Below are positions 18,847-27,748 of a stretch of 64,000 bases of DNA, piece after piece (position 1 is the first letter of the stretch; the number at the start of each line of letters is the position of its first letter). The notes under the pieces are model-generated. The model did not search any database. It had not been told where the DNA came from and saw only the letters and a list, made by a program, of their open reading frames with translations. The stretch is from Flagellimonas sp. (lineage in GTDB: Bacteria > Bacteroidota > Bacteroidia > Flavobacteriales > Flavobacteriaceae), in NCBI RefSeq assembly GCF_965215805.1, contig NZ_OZ244124.1, forward strand, positions 2,358,417-2,422,416, in the 5' to 3' direction. The position numbers and the translations under genes are program-made.

Positions 18847-18882
18847 CCTGCGATTTTTCATAACACTAAGGTCTACAACAAT

Positions 18883-20235
18883 ATGTCTAAAGACATCCGG
18901 ATTAAGAAAGGGTTGGACATCAACCTTGTCGGGGCAGCAGAACAGACTACTTCCAAAGCCGTTTTAAGCAACGTTTACGCCCTAAACCTAGATGATTTTC
19001 ACGGAATAACCCCTAAGATGCATATCAAGCAAGGTGCTGAGATCAAAGCAGGGGAACCTCTTTTCTACAACAAGAACAAGGAGGAAATGCAATTTGTCTC
19101 TCCAGTTAGTGGGGAATTGGTAGAAATTGTCCGTGGAGCAAGGAGAAGGATTTTGAGCCTAAAGATTCTGGCTGACAAAACCCAGGAATTCGTAAAGCAT
19201 AAACCGTTGGATTTTGCGGGTGCCGATGCAGAAACCATCAAGGCATTTTTGTTGCAATCGGGTGCTTGGCCTTTTGTGAAGCAGCGCCCATATGATATCA
19301 TTGCCGACCCAGATGCTACACCCAAAGCCATTTTTATATCAGGATATACCACAGCGCCCTTGGCGGCAGAGGCAGACTATGTTTTAGCAGGTAAGGAAGA
19401 ACAGCTTCAAGCGGCCATTGCGGCCTTGGGGAAATTGACCCCTGGAAAGATTCATGTTTCCGTAGGAAAATCTGGGAATTCTCCGTTGGCCCAACTGGAT
19501 GGGGTGAGCGTTCATAAAATCTCCGGCCCACACCCAGCTGGTCTTGTTGGGACACAAATCAATAAGATTGATCCAATTAATAAAGGAGAAGTGGTTTGGA
19601 CGGTATCCCCTCAGGATTTGATTATCATTGGGGAATTGTTATTGACTGGAAAATTCAATGCAGAGCGAACCGTGGCATTGGCCGGTTCCATCATAAAGGC
19701 GCCTAAATACTACACCACTAAAATAGGAGCAGAGATTTCGACCTTCTTATACGCAAGTGGGGTGAATCAAGATAAATACAGGCTGATCAACGGAGATGTG
19801 TTGACAGGATCTAAAACCCATCCGGAAGGCCACCTTGGTTTTTACAATAACACCGTTACGGCCATCCCTGAAGGCGATGACTATGAATTCTTTGGATGGA
19901 ACAAACCCGTATTCAATAAAGTATCTACAACAAGGGCGTTGACCTTCTCTTGGATGCAGCCCAAAAAGAAATACGACCTCAATACCAATACCAATGGAGA
20001 GCATAGAGCTTTTGTGGTAACTGGGCAGTATGAAGAAGTTTTTCCAATGGATATCTATCCCCTACAGCTTTTAAAAGCTTGTATGGTAAAGGATTTGGAT
20101 GAAATGGAGCAATTGGGATTGTACGAGGTAGCCCCTGAAGATTTTGCCTTGACGGAGTTCATCTGTATCTCCAAACAACCGCACCAGCAAATTATTAGGG
20201 AAGGATTGGATTTATTACATCAAGAAATCGGATAA
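18883..20235 (+). CDS. nqrA: Na+-translocating NADH:quinone reductase subunit A
   Basis: IRIKKGLDINLVG, SPVSG, GPHPAG, DLDEMEQLG; start refined to ATG 18883. Confidence 0.96.
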   Translation: MSKDIRIKKGLDINLVGAAEQTTSKAVLSNVYALNLDDFHGITPKMHIKQGAEIKAGEPLFYNKNKEEMQFVSPVSGELVEIVRGARRRILSLKILADKTQEFVKHKPLDFAGADAETIKAFLLQSGAWPFVKQRPYDIIADPDATPKAIFISGYTTAPLAAEADYVLAGKEEQLQAAIAALGKLTPGKIHVSVGKSGNSPLAQLDGVSVHKISGPHPAGLVGTQINKIDPINKGEVVWTVSPQDLIIIGELLLTGKFNAERTVALAGSIIKAPKYYTTKIGAEISTFLYASGVNQDKYRLINGDVLTGSKTHPEGHLGFYNNTVTAIPEGDDYEFFGWNKPVFNKVSTTRALTFSWMQPKKKYDLNTNTNGEHRAFVVTGQYEEVFPMDIYPLQLLKACMVKDLDEMEQLGLYEVAPEDFALTEFICISKQPHQQIIREGLDLLHQEIG

Positions 20236-20237
20236 AA

Positions 20238-21506
20238 ATGGGATTGAAAGAAAAATTACATACGTTCAGAGTAAAAAATCAGGATAAAAAGTGGTTTCCT
20301 GTTTTTAGCGGATTTCACACGTTCTTGTTCACACCAAATGAAATCACACATCATGGAACCCACGTAAAAGGTGCGGACGACTTAAAACGTACCATGAATA
20401 CGGTGGTGATGTCGCTTATCCCTTGTTTGATTTTTGGGATGTTCAATACAGGATACCAACATTACTTGGCCCTTGGGGAGATTGATGCCGTTACAGGTGG
20501 CTTTTTTGGTTCAGGTTTTTGGACCTGGGACAACTTCATTTTGGGATTCTGGAAAATATTGCCCTTGGTTGTGGTCTCCTATGTAGTGGGACTTACTGTT
20601 GAATTCATTTTCTGCGTTATCAAAGGGCACGAAATTGAGGAAGGTTATTTGGTTACCGGTATGTTGGTGCCATTGATCGTTCCTGTGGACTTACCCCTTT
20701 GGATGTTGGCCGTTGCCGTTGTTTTTGGTGTGGTCATTGGGAAAGAAGTTTTTGGAGGTACCGGAATGAATATTTTGAATCCGGCCTTGACCATCAGAGC
20801 CTTCTTGTTCTTTGCCTATCCAACCTGGATGAGTGGGGATAAGGTTTGGGTGCATGGTGCCGTGGACAGCGCTGGTACTGCGGATGCGATTTCTGGGGAA
20901 ACCGTACTTGGATTCCTGGCGCAGGGCAATACCACGGATTTATCCCAGAAATACGATTTAGCGGATATGTTCTTCGGATTTATTCCCGGTTCGGTTGGTG
21001 AAACATCCACTTTGCTCATTCTTTTGGGCGGATTGTTCCTGGTATTCTCAAAAATAGCCTCTTGGAGGATTATGTTGAGTGCTGTAATAGGTTCCTTGGC
21101 AATGGGATTGATTTTCAATGGAATAGTTGCTGCGGAGTGGATTCCGGAATACAGCAAGTTCTATAGTTTGATGAGCTTTGAATACTGGCAACATCTGTTG
21201 GTAGGAGGTCTGGCCTTTGGTATTGTATTTATGGCAACAGATCCGGTTACTGGTTCACAGACCAACAGGGGAAAATGGATTTATGGATTCCTCATTGGAT
21301 TTATGTCTGTTATGATTCGGGTTTTCAACCCTGGATATCCAGAAGGCGTTTTCTTGGCCATCCTATTAATGAACGTATTTGCTCCTACCATTGATCACTA
21401 TGTGGTAAGAGGAAACGTCAAGAGAAGATTGAAAAGATTGAAGAACGCAACCATTTATCCCAAAGTATCAGGAGAGGTTGAAGCATTAAAAACGGAAACA
21501 GTTTAA
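20238..21506 (+). CDS. nqrB: Na+-NQR subunit B
   Basis: DLKRTM, KEVFGGTGMNILNPAL, DAISGET FMN-Thr motif, MATDPVT. Confidence 0.96.
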   Translation: MGLKEKLHTFRVKNQDKKWFPVFSGFHTFLFTPNEITHHGTHVKGADDLKRTMNTVVMSLIPCLIFGMFNTGYQHYLALGEIDAVTGGFFGSGFWTWDNFILGFWKILPLVVVSYVVGLTVEFIFCVIKGHEIEEGYLVTGMLVPLIVPVDLPLWMLAVAVVFGVVIGKEVFGGTGMNILNPALTIRAFLFFAYPTWMSGDKVWVHGAVDSAGTADAISGETVLGFLAQGNTTDLSQKYDLADMFFGFIPGSVGETSTLLILLGGLFLVFSKIASWRIMLSAVIGSLAMGLIFNGIVAAEWIPEYSKFYSLMSFEYWQHLLVGGLAFGIVFMATDPVTGSQTNRGKWIYGFLIGFMSVMIRVFNPGYPEGVFLAILLMNVFAPTIDHYVVRGNVKRRLKRLKNATIYPKVSGEVEALKTETV

Positions 21507-21508
21507 TT

Positions 21509-22258
21509 ATGGCAATCAATACAGAAAAAAACACCTATACTGTAATTTTTGCTGCCGTAATGGTGGTCGTTGTGGGATCCCTGTTGGCATTTTTGGCCTC
21601 AGGTCTGCGCCCTAGGATAGATGAGAACGAACGCTTTGAAAAGCAGCAGAACATCCTGTATGCCATGGGTGTCAACCAAAATGAAGGCGAAGGAAGCGTG
21701 AATTTCATTCCAACTAATATTGTGGAGGATGAGTTTTCCAAATACATCAAACAACAATTGGTGGTTGTGGGTTCAGAGGCCAAGGAGAAGGAGGAATCCT
21801 ATCTTATAGATATGAAGAAGCAGCTCAACATCATAAAAAATGGTGATGAAGCTGAATTGCCTTTGTTCATTGGTGAAAAAGACGGAAAACAATATTACAT
21901 CATCCCCATGTACGGTAAAGGACTTTGGGATGCTATTTGGGGCTTTATTTCCTTGGACGAAAATATGGTGGTGCAAGGTGTGGTTTTCGACCATAAAGGT
22001 GAAACACCTGGATTGGGAGCCAATATTAAGCTTCGCTATTTCATGGACGACTTTGTGGGTGAGTCTGTTTTGGACGGAAACCGATACGCGGGTATTTCCG
22101 TGGTCAAAGGAAACAACGACCCCCTGAACAATGATAAAGAGGATAATGAAGTGGATGCACTGGCCGGAGCTACCATTACAGGTAACGGCGTAACTGCAAT
22201 GATCAAGGAGACCTTGAAATTGTACAAACCTTATTTAGAAACAATTAGAACCAAGTAA
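21509..22258 (+). CDS. nqrC: Na+-NQR subunit C
   Basis: GKGLWDAIWG, HKGETPGLG, DALAGATIT FMN motif. Confidence 0.96.
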   Translation: MAINTEKNTYTVIFAAVMVVVVGSLLAFLASGLRPRIDENERFEKQQNILYAMGVNQNEGEGSVNFIPTNIVEDEFSKYIKQQLVVVGSEAKEKEESYLIDMKKQLNIIKNGDEAELPLFIGEKDGKQYYIIPMYGKGLWDAIWGFISLDENMVVQGVVFDHKGETPGLGANIKLRYFMDDFVGESVLDGNRYAGISVVKGNNDPLNNDKEDNEVDALAGATITGNGVTAMIKETLKLYKPYLETIRTK

Positions 22259-22259
22259 T

Positions 22260-22907
22260 ATGGCGCTACTTTCAAAAAAAGATGCAAATCTAATTTTAGA
22301 CCCTTTGGCGGATAACAACCCCATCACCATTCAGGTATTGGGTATATGTTCCGCATTGGCAATTACGGCAGAGTTGAAAGCGTCTGTGGTGATGGCCATC
22401 TCCGTACTGTTTGTACTGGGGGTAGGAAACGTGGTCATCTCTTTGCTCAGAAACATAATCCCGTCCAAAATCAGGATTATAGTACAGTTGATTGTTGTGG
22501 CCACCTTGGTAATCGTAGTGGATCAAGTGCTGAAGGCTTTCGCTTATGAACTGAGCAAGACTTTGGCTGTATTTGTGGGATTGATCATTACCAACTGTAT
22601 TATCATGGGTCGTTTTGAGGCCTTTGCTCTGGGTAACGGACCTTGGAAGTCTTTTCTGGATGGAATAGGAAATGCTTTGGGATATGGTGTAATACTGATC
22701 ATTGTTGGGTTTTTCCGCGAATTATTGGGTTCAGGAACGCTTTTCGGGATTCCAGTATTGGGAGATCCCATTGCAAAAACGGGATTGTATGCCACAGGTT
22801 ATGAAAACAACGGATTCATGATCATACCACCTGCTGCATTGATTGTGGTTGGAATTATTATCTGGGTACAACGTTCCAGAAACAAAGCATTAATTGAAGA
22901 AGCATAA
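22260..22907 (+). CDS. nqrD: Na+-NQR subunit D
   Basis: NNPITIQVLGICSALA, FVGLIITNCIIMGR. Confidence 0.96.
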   Translation: MALLSKKDANLILDPLADNNPITIQVLGICSALAITAELKASVVMAISVLFVLGVGNVVISLLRNIIPSKIRIIVQLIVVATLVIVVDQVLKAFAYELSKTLAVFVGLIITNCIIMGRFEAFALGNGPWKSFLDGIGNALGYGVILIIVGFFRELLGSGTLFGIPVLGDPIAKTGLYATGYENNGFMIIPPAALIVVGIIIWVQRSRNKALIEEA

Positions 22908-22917
22908 ATAGGATAAC

Positions 22918-23658
22918 ATGTTAGAGCATTTAGAACTTTTTTTTAAGTCAATCTTCATAGATAATATGGTGTTTGCGGTCTTTTTGGGAATGTGTTCCTA
23001 TTTGGCCGTATCCAAAAAAGTATCCACCGCGGTAGGATTGGGTGCAGCGGTCATCTTTGTATTGGCTGTAACTGTTCCCCTGAACTGGCTGTTGGATCAG
23101 TATTTGCTTCGCGATGGGGCATTGGTTTGGTTGGGCCCCGAGTATGCGGACTACAACTTGAGCTTTTTGTCATTCATCCTCTTTATTGCTACCATCGCAA
23201 CCATGGTGCAATTGGTAGAGATCGTAGTGGAAAAGTTTTCACCGGCCCTGTATAACTCCTTAGGTATTTTCTTGCCTTTGATTGCGGTAAACTGTGCCAT
23301 CTTGGGTGGTTCCCTTTTTATGCAGGCCAGAGAGATTCCAAGCTTGGGATTGGCCTTCAATTATGGGGTTAGTTCAGGAATAGGTTGGTTCTTGGCTATT
23401 TTGGCCATTGCCGCTATCCGTGAGAAAATCAGATATTCCAATGTACCTGCGCCCCTACGTGGTCTGGGTATTACCTTTATCATTACAGGATTGATGGGCA
23501 TTGGATTCCAAAGCTTTGGTGGCATGTTGACTGGGGATAACGAAGCTCCGGAACCAACGGAAAATACCACCGTTGAAAGTGTTGAAGAAAAAGAAATTGA
23601 AAAAGAGATTGAAAACGAAGAAAAAGCAGTCTCCTATAACGACGTTGTAAACAAATAA
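22918..23658 (+). CDS. nqrE: Na+-NQR subunit E (acidic C-terminal tail)
   Basis: FLGMCSYLAVSK, GIFLPLIAVNCAILG. Confidence 0.96.
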   Translation: MLEHLELFFKSIFIDNMVFAVFLGMCSYLAVSKKVSTAVGLGAAVIFVLAVTVPLNWLLDQYLLRDGALVWLGPEYADYNLSFLSFILFIATIATMVQLVEIVVEKFSPALYNSLGIFLPLIAVNCAILGGSLFMQAREIPSLGLAFNYGVSSGIGWFLAILAIAAIREKIRYSNVPAPLRGLGITFIITGLMGIGFQSFGGMLTGDNEAPEPTENTTVESVEEKEIEKEIENEEKAVSYNDVVNK

Positions 23659-23660
23659 AG

Positions 23661-24971
23661 ATGATTTTAGCCACAAGCACAGGAGGTACCATTCTAATCA
23701 CGGTTGTAGCATTTCTAATTTTATTGTTGCTCTTGGTGGCCCTTTTGCTGTTCACCAAAGAGAAATTGTCTCCCTCGGGGCCAGTAACGATTACCATCAA
23801 TGGAGAGAAGCAAATAGAAGTAGCTTCGGGAAGTTCCTTGTTGACCACCTTGGGAAATCAGAAAGTATTTTTACCATCTGCATGTGGAGGTGGAGGTACC
23901 TGTATCCAATGTGAGTGCCATGTGCTTTCTGGTGGAGGTGAAGCACTACCTACGGAAACACCTCATTTCTCTAAGAAAGAGTTGAACCATGGGGCTCGTT
24001 TGGCCTGTCAGGTGAAGGTGAAGCAGGATATGGAAATCACCATTCCCGAGGAAGTTTTTGGTATCAAGAAATGGCCCGCTAAAGTGGTGCGTAACTACAA
24101 CGTGGCTTCCTTTATCAAGGAGTTTGTGGTGGAGATTCCAGAAGATATGAACTACAAGGCAGGAGGGTACATCCAGATTGAGATTCCCCCTTGTGAAGTA
24201 AAATATGCCGATATTGATATAACGGCTCACCCAGAGGAGCACGAAACCCCTGATAAGTTCCAAAACGAATGGGATAAGTTTAATTTGTGGCCCTTGGTCA
24301 TGAAAAACCCGGAAACTGTGGAGCGTGCCTATTCCATGGCCTCTTACCCAGCTGAGGGACGGGAAATCATGTTGAATGTGCGTATTGCAACACCGCCATG
24401 GGATCGTTCCAAAAATGGTTGGATGGATGTAAACCCTGGGGTGGCATCATCTTATATTTTCAACCTAAAACCAGGTGATCCCGTGACTATTTCAGGTCCA
24501 TTTGGTGAGTTCTTCATCAATGAATCAGAAGCTGAGATGTTGTACGTGGGAGGTGGTGCAGGTATGGCACCAATGCGTTCGCACTTATACCACCTGTTCA
24601 AGACATTGAAAACCAATAGAAAGGTTACCTACTGGTATGGTGGTCGTTCCAAAAGAGAGCTTTTCTATATAGAGCATTTTAAGGATTTGGAGCGAAACTT
24701 CCCTAACTTTAAGTTCTATATGGCGCTTTCGGAACCTTTGGAAGAGGACAACTGGAAAGTCAAAAAAGATATCAATGATGAGGAAGGTGATGGTTTTGTT
24801 GGATTTATCCACAACTGTGTAATCGATAATTACTTGGATCACCATGACGCTCCAGAAGATATTGAGTTGTACTTCTGTGGTCCCCCATTGATGAACAAAG
24901 CCGTTCAAAAAATGGGAGAGGATTTCGGAATTCCTGATGAGAACATCAGATTCGATGACTTCGGTGGATAA
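23661..24971 (+). CDS. nqrF: Na+-NQR subunit F
   Basis: SACGGGGTCIQC 2Fe-2S, RLACQ, RAYSMAS, GGGAGMAP, FCGPP, FDDFGG. Confidence 0.97.
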   Translation: MILATSTGGTILITVVAFLILLLLLVALLLFTKEKLSPSGPVTITINGEKQIEVASGSSLLTTLGNQKVFLPSACGGGGTCIQCECHVLSGGGEALPTETPHFSKKELNHGARLACQVKVKQDMEITIPEEVFGIKKWPAKVVRNYNVASFIKEFVVEIPEDMNYKAGGYIQIEIPPCEVKYADIDITAHPEEHETPDKFQNEWDKFNLWPLVMKNPETVERAYSMASYPAEGREIMLNVRIATPPWDRSKNGWMDVNPGVASSYIFNLKPGDPVTISGPFGEFFINESEAEMLYVGGGAGMAPMRSHLYHLFKTLKTNRKVTYWYGGRSKRELFYIEHFKDLERNFPNFKFYMALSEPLEEDNWKVKKDINDEEGDGFVGFIHNCVIDNYLDHHDAPEDIELYFCGPPLMNKAVQKMGEDFGIPDENIRFDDFGG

Positions 24972-24987
24972 TCACGTATAAAACAAT

Positions 24988-25011
24988 GTCACCTCGAGCG
25001 CAGTCGAGAGG
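24988..25011. repeat. REP-like GC-rich hairpin GTCACCTCGAGCGCAGTCGAGAGG
   Basis: CTCGA-gcgcag-TCGAG stem in an AT-rich intergenic region after nqrF; single copy in this window. Confidence 0.5.
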
Positions 25012-25023
25012 TAATTATAACCT

Positions 25024-25051
25024 AACCGATGCGATAAGCATCGGTTTTTTT
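25024..25051 (+). terminator. Intrinsic terminator after nqrF
   Basis: AACCGATGC-gataa-GCATCGGTT followed by a T tract. Confidence 0.8.
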
Positions 25052-25053
25052 AT

Positions 25054-25419
25054 ATGGGAGAACGGAGAAGACTTACGGAGCAGGAATTGCACAATTTGGC
25101 CATGAATATTGTAGGCAGGGAATTGGAGGCAGATGGGTTTGAATTTATGGCTATAAACAGCAAACCCAAGAAAAATCCGCAGTATGTATGCTTAAAGAAC
25201 AAGATTCTTCATTTTATTGTGGTTCGCAATACAGAATACCCGAAGAACCCTAGGGAGTATGATCGGGAGTTGATGCGCAAAGTAAAAGATCAGGCCACTA
25301 AGTTTGAGGCTAGATGCTATTTTGCGGGTGTTGGCCTTTCCAATGCCGCAAATCAAGAACTGCCGGTTTATCTAAATGAGGACTATATAGTCGACTATCA
25401 AGGTTTAATAGAGATTTAA
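25054..25419 (+). CDS. Hypothetical 121-aa protein between nqrF and apbE
   Basis: Clean ORF ending 3 nt before apbE; no catalytic motif recognised. Confidence 0.8.
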   Translation: MGERRRLTEQELHNLAMNIVGRELEADGFEFMAINSKPKKNPQYVCLKNKILHFIVVRNTEYPKNPREYDRELMRKVKDQATKFEARCYFAGVGLSNAANQELPVYLNEDYIVDYQGLIEI

Positions 25420-25422
25420 GAG

Positions 25423-26424
25423 ATGAAACAATTCGTTGTTGGTATTGGTATATTGTTTTTGGTCGGATGCACTCCCAAATCCTGGGTGAAAAATCAGGCC
25501 GCGGGAGCTGCTTTGGGGACCTCCTATTCAATCCTATATATATCGGATGGGGAATTGGATTATCAAAAAGAGATTGACTCGGTTTTCCAGGTGTTGAATC
25601 AGTCCATGTCTACCTATATCCCCTCTTCGGACATTTCCAGGATCAATGAGGGAGATTCCACAATCATCGTGGATGAGATGTTTCAAGATGTTTTTAAAAC
25701 ATCCAGTGCTGTTCATAAAGCGTCTGATGGGTATTTTGATCCCACGGTAGGGGTGTTGGCCAATGCTTGGGGTTTTGGTCCTGGGGAACAAATGGATTTG
25801 GACAGCTTAAAGGTGGACAGCCTTCTGGCTTATGTGGGTTGGGAAAAGGTGCAGCTAAATAAGGATGGAACCATTTCCAAAATGCACCCTTCCATCCGCT
25901 TTGATTTCAACGCGGTGGCCAAAGGATATGCCATAGACCGTTTGGGGGCATTGCTAGATGCAAAGGGAATCGAAAACTATTTGGTAGAAGTTGGGGGAGA
26001 AGTACTGACCAAGGGAACCAATGTGGTTTCAGGCAAAAAATGGTCCGTAGGTATTGACGACCCCCAAGTAGAGGTGGGGCGGCAACTAAAGTTGATTGTT
26101 TCCTTGGAAAATAAGGCCATGGCCTCCTCGGGAAATTACCGCAAATTCCGTGTGGATCCGATAACAGGGGAAAAGTACGTTCATACCATCAACCCAAAAA
26201 CTGGATTTACCAAAAATTCCAGTGTATTGGCGGCTAGCGTGGTGGCTAATAATTGTGCAGAAGCTGATGCCTATGCTACCGCATTTATGGCCATGGATTT
26301 GGTGGATTCAAAAAAACTATTGGAAACTGAGGATGACTTGGAAGCATATATCATCTTTTTGGATGACAATGGGGAAACCAAGGAGTTTATGACTCCAGGA
26401 TTTAATGAATTGATAAGAAATTAG
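25423..26424 (+). CDS. apbE: FAD:protein FMN transferase lipoprotein
   Basis: Lipobox LVGC, FDPTVG, DFNAVAKGYAID, VEVGGE, ASSGNYR, ADAYATA. Confidence 0.95.
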   Translation: MKQFVVGIGILFLVGCTPKSWVKNQAAGAALGTSYSILYISDGELDYQKEIDSVFQVLNQSMSTYIPSSDISRINEGDSTIIVDEMFQDVFKTSSAVHKASDGYFDPTVGVLANAWGFGPGEQMDLDSLKVDSLLAYVGWEKVQLNKDGTISKMHPSIRFDFNAVAKGYAIDRLGALLDAKGIENYLVEVGGEVLTKGTNVVSGKKWSVGIDDPQVEVGRQLKLIVSLENKAMASSGNYRKFRVDPITGEKYVHTINPKTGFTKNSSVLAASVVANNCAEADAYATAFMAMDLVDSKKLLETEDDLEAYIIFLDDNGETKEFMTPGFNELIRN

Positions 26425-27188
26425 GCCTTCCTCACAAAGGGAACAATTTCCCCTTTGGCAAGTCTATACTTTTCAATTTCTTCTGGAGAATAATCTTGGG
26501 TCAAATCAACTTCTTCTACAGTAAAACCAATTTTTCGAAGTTTATCAAAATAATCCCTTCCGTAGATGCGGACATGATCGTACTGACCAAAAATTCTTGC
26601 ACGTTCTTTTTTATCTGTTATGGAATTGTCTTCAAAAGTATGTTCTCTGCCCAAATCCTGCGGAATTTGAAAAACACCCCAACCTCCAGGTTTCAAAACA
26701 CGGTACAGTTCCTGCATGGCTTTGGTATCGTCCGGAATATGTTCGAGCACATGATTGCAAAGAATTACGTCAAAAGTGTCATTTTCAAACGGGAGCTTGC
26801 AGATATCGGCTTTCACATCTGCCAAAGGAGAATTTAAATCGGTGGTCGTGTAAGTAACATTGGTAAGCTTTTTAAACCGTTTGTAAAAAGCTTGTTCAGG
26901 AGCAAAATGCAACAGGCTCAAATCTTTACTAAAAAAGTCCGTGCGGTTTTTCAAAAATAACCACAACAGACGATGCCTTTCCAAGGAAAGGGTAGAGGGG
27001 GAGAGCACATTTTCCCTCGGACTCTCATAACCATAGGGAAGAAACTTCCTAAAACTTTTGCCATCAATGGGGTCGGTATAGGTGCTTCCTCTTAAAAAAA
27101 GTGCGATAAGTGGTCGCACCCAATAGCTCAGTTTAATGAGCCATGGTCTTGGGATGAGGTTAAGAAAGAACTTAAATATTTTAGACAA
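26421..27188 (-). CDS. Class I SAM-dependent methyltransferase (Methyltransf_11-like)
   Basis: LHFAPE, ADICKLPF, CNHVLEHI, RVLKPGG, FGQYDHVR. Confidence 0.88.
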   Translation of the reverse strand: MSKIFKFFLNLIPRPWLIKLSYWVRPLIALFLRGSTYTDPIDGKSFRKFLPYGYESPRENVLSPSTLSLERHRLLWLFLKNRTDFFSKDLSLLHFAPEQAFYKRFKKLTNVTYTTTDLNSPLADVKADICKLPFENDTFDVILCNHVLEHIPDDTKAMQELYRVLKPGGWGVFQIPQDLGREHTFEDNSITDKKERARIFGQYDHVRIYGRDYFDKLRKIGFTVEEVDLTQDYSPEEIEKYRLAKGEIVPFVRKA

Positions 27189-27231
27189 TGGTAGCTTTAT
27201 TTATTGAACCTTCAGGTAGGTAAAACCATCA

Positions 27232-27299
27232 GTGCAAATTCGTGGAATTCGTGTCAAACTTAACGCTATTGGACACGAATTCCGCAAATTTACACGAAT
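27232..27299. repeat. Long inverted repeat built of AATTCGTG/CACGAATT units downstream of the GxxExxY gene
   Basis: Arms 27232-27255 and 27272-27295 are reverse complements at 21/24 positions; 16-nt loop; extra ACACGAAT at 27292-27299. Confidence 0.85.
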
Positions 27300-27301
27300 A
27301 A

Positions 27302-27676
27302 TTAAAGGATAACTCTTCGATAGATTAAACTATCTTCTCCAAAGTTGACTAACAAACCAAGTTTCATTTTTGAAACGGCTAAATAGTTCAAAGTTTGTTT
27401 TACGTGGCTTTGGGTCAAGGAGTTTATTGCTTTTATCTCAAGAATTATCTTGTTGTCAACAACAAAGTCAGCAAAATATTGATGCCGTAGCATCTTACCC
27501 TTATAATTGATGTGGAACTTAGTCTCTCTGGTATAGGGAACACCGTTTTCATTCAATTCAAATTCCAACGCGTCCCCATAAACTTTTTCGCTGAATCCTT
27601 TGCCCAGTTCATTATGAACGTCCATACAAAGTCCGATAATGAAGTAAGATTCATGCTTATATAATACCTCTGTCAT
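27302..27676 (-). CDS. GxxExxY protein (PD-(D/E)XK nuclease superfamily)
   Basis: LGKGFSEKVY motif; ADFVVDNKIILEIK; LGLLVNFG. Confidence 0.92.
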   Translation of the reverse strand: MTEVLYKHESYFIIGLCMDVHNELGKGFSEKVYGDALEFELNENGVPYTRETKFHINYKGKMLRHQYFADFVVDNKIILEIKAINSLTQSHVKQTLNYLAVSKMKLGLLVNFGEDSLIYRRVIL

Positions 27677-27748
27677 ATCAATACAGTTTATTGATTTTAA
27701 CGAGGTTGATTTTTATGGAATGGGAAGGCGATTTAACCAACCCTTCTT

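Noticed and set aside
23535-23658. Acidic C-terminal tail of NqrE as a novel domain
   Set aside because: Low-complexity Glu-rich extension, probably disordered; no evidence of a function.
26421-27676. GxxExxY plus methyltransferase as a restriction-modification system
   Set aside because: The methyltransferase lacks DNA-MTase motifs (DPPY/NPPY or PCQ) and looks like a small-molecule Methyltransf_11 enzyme.
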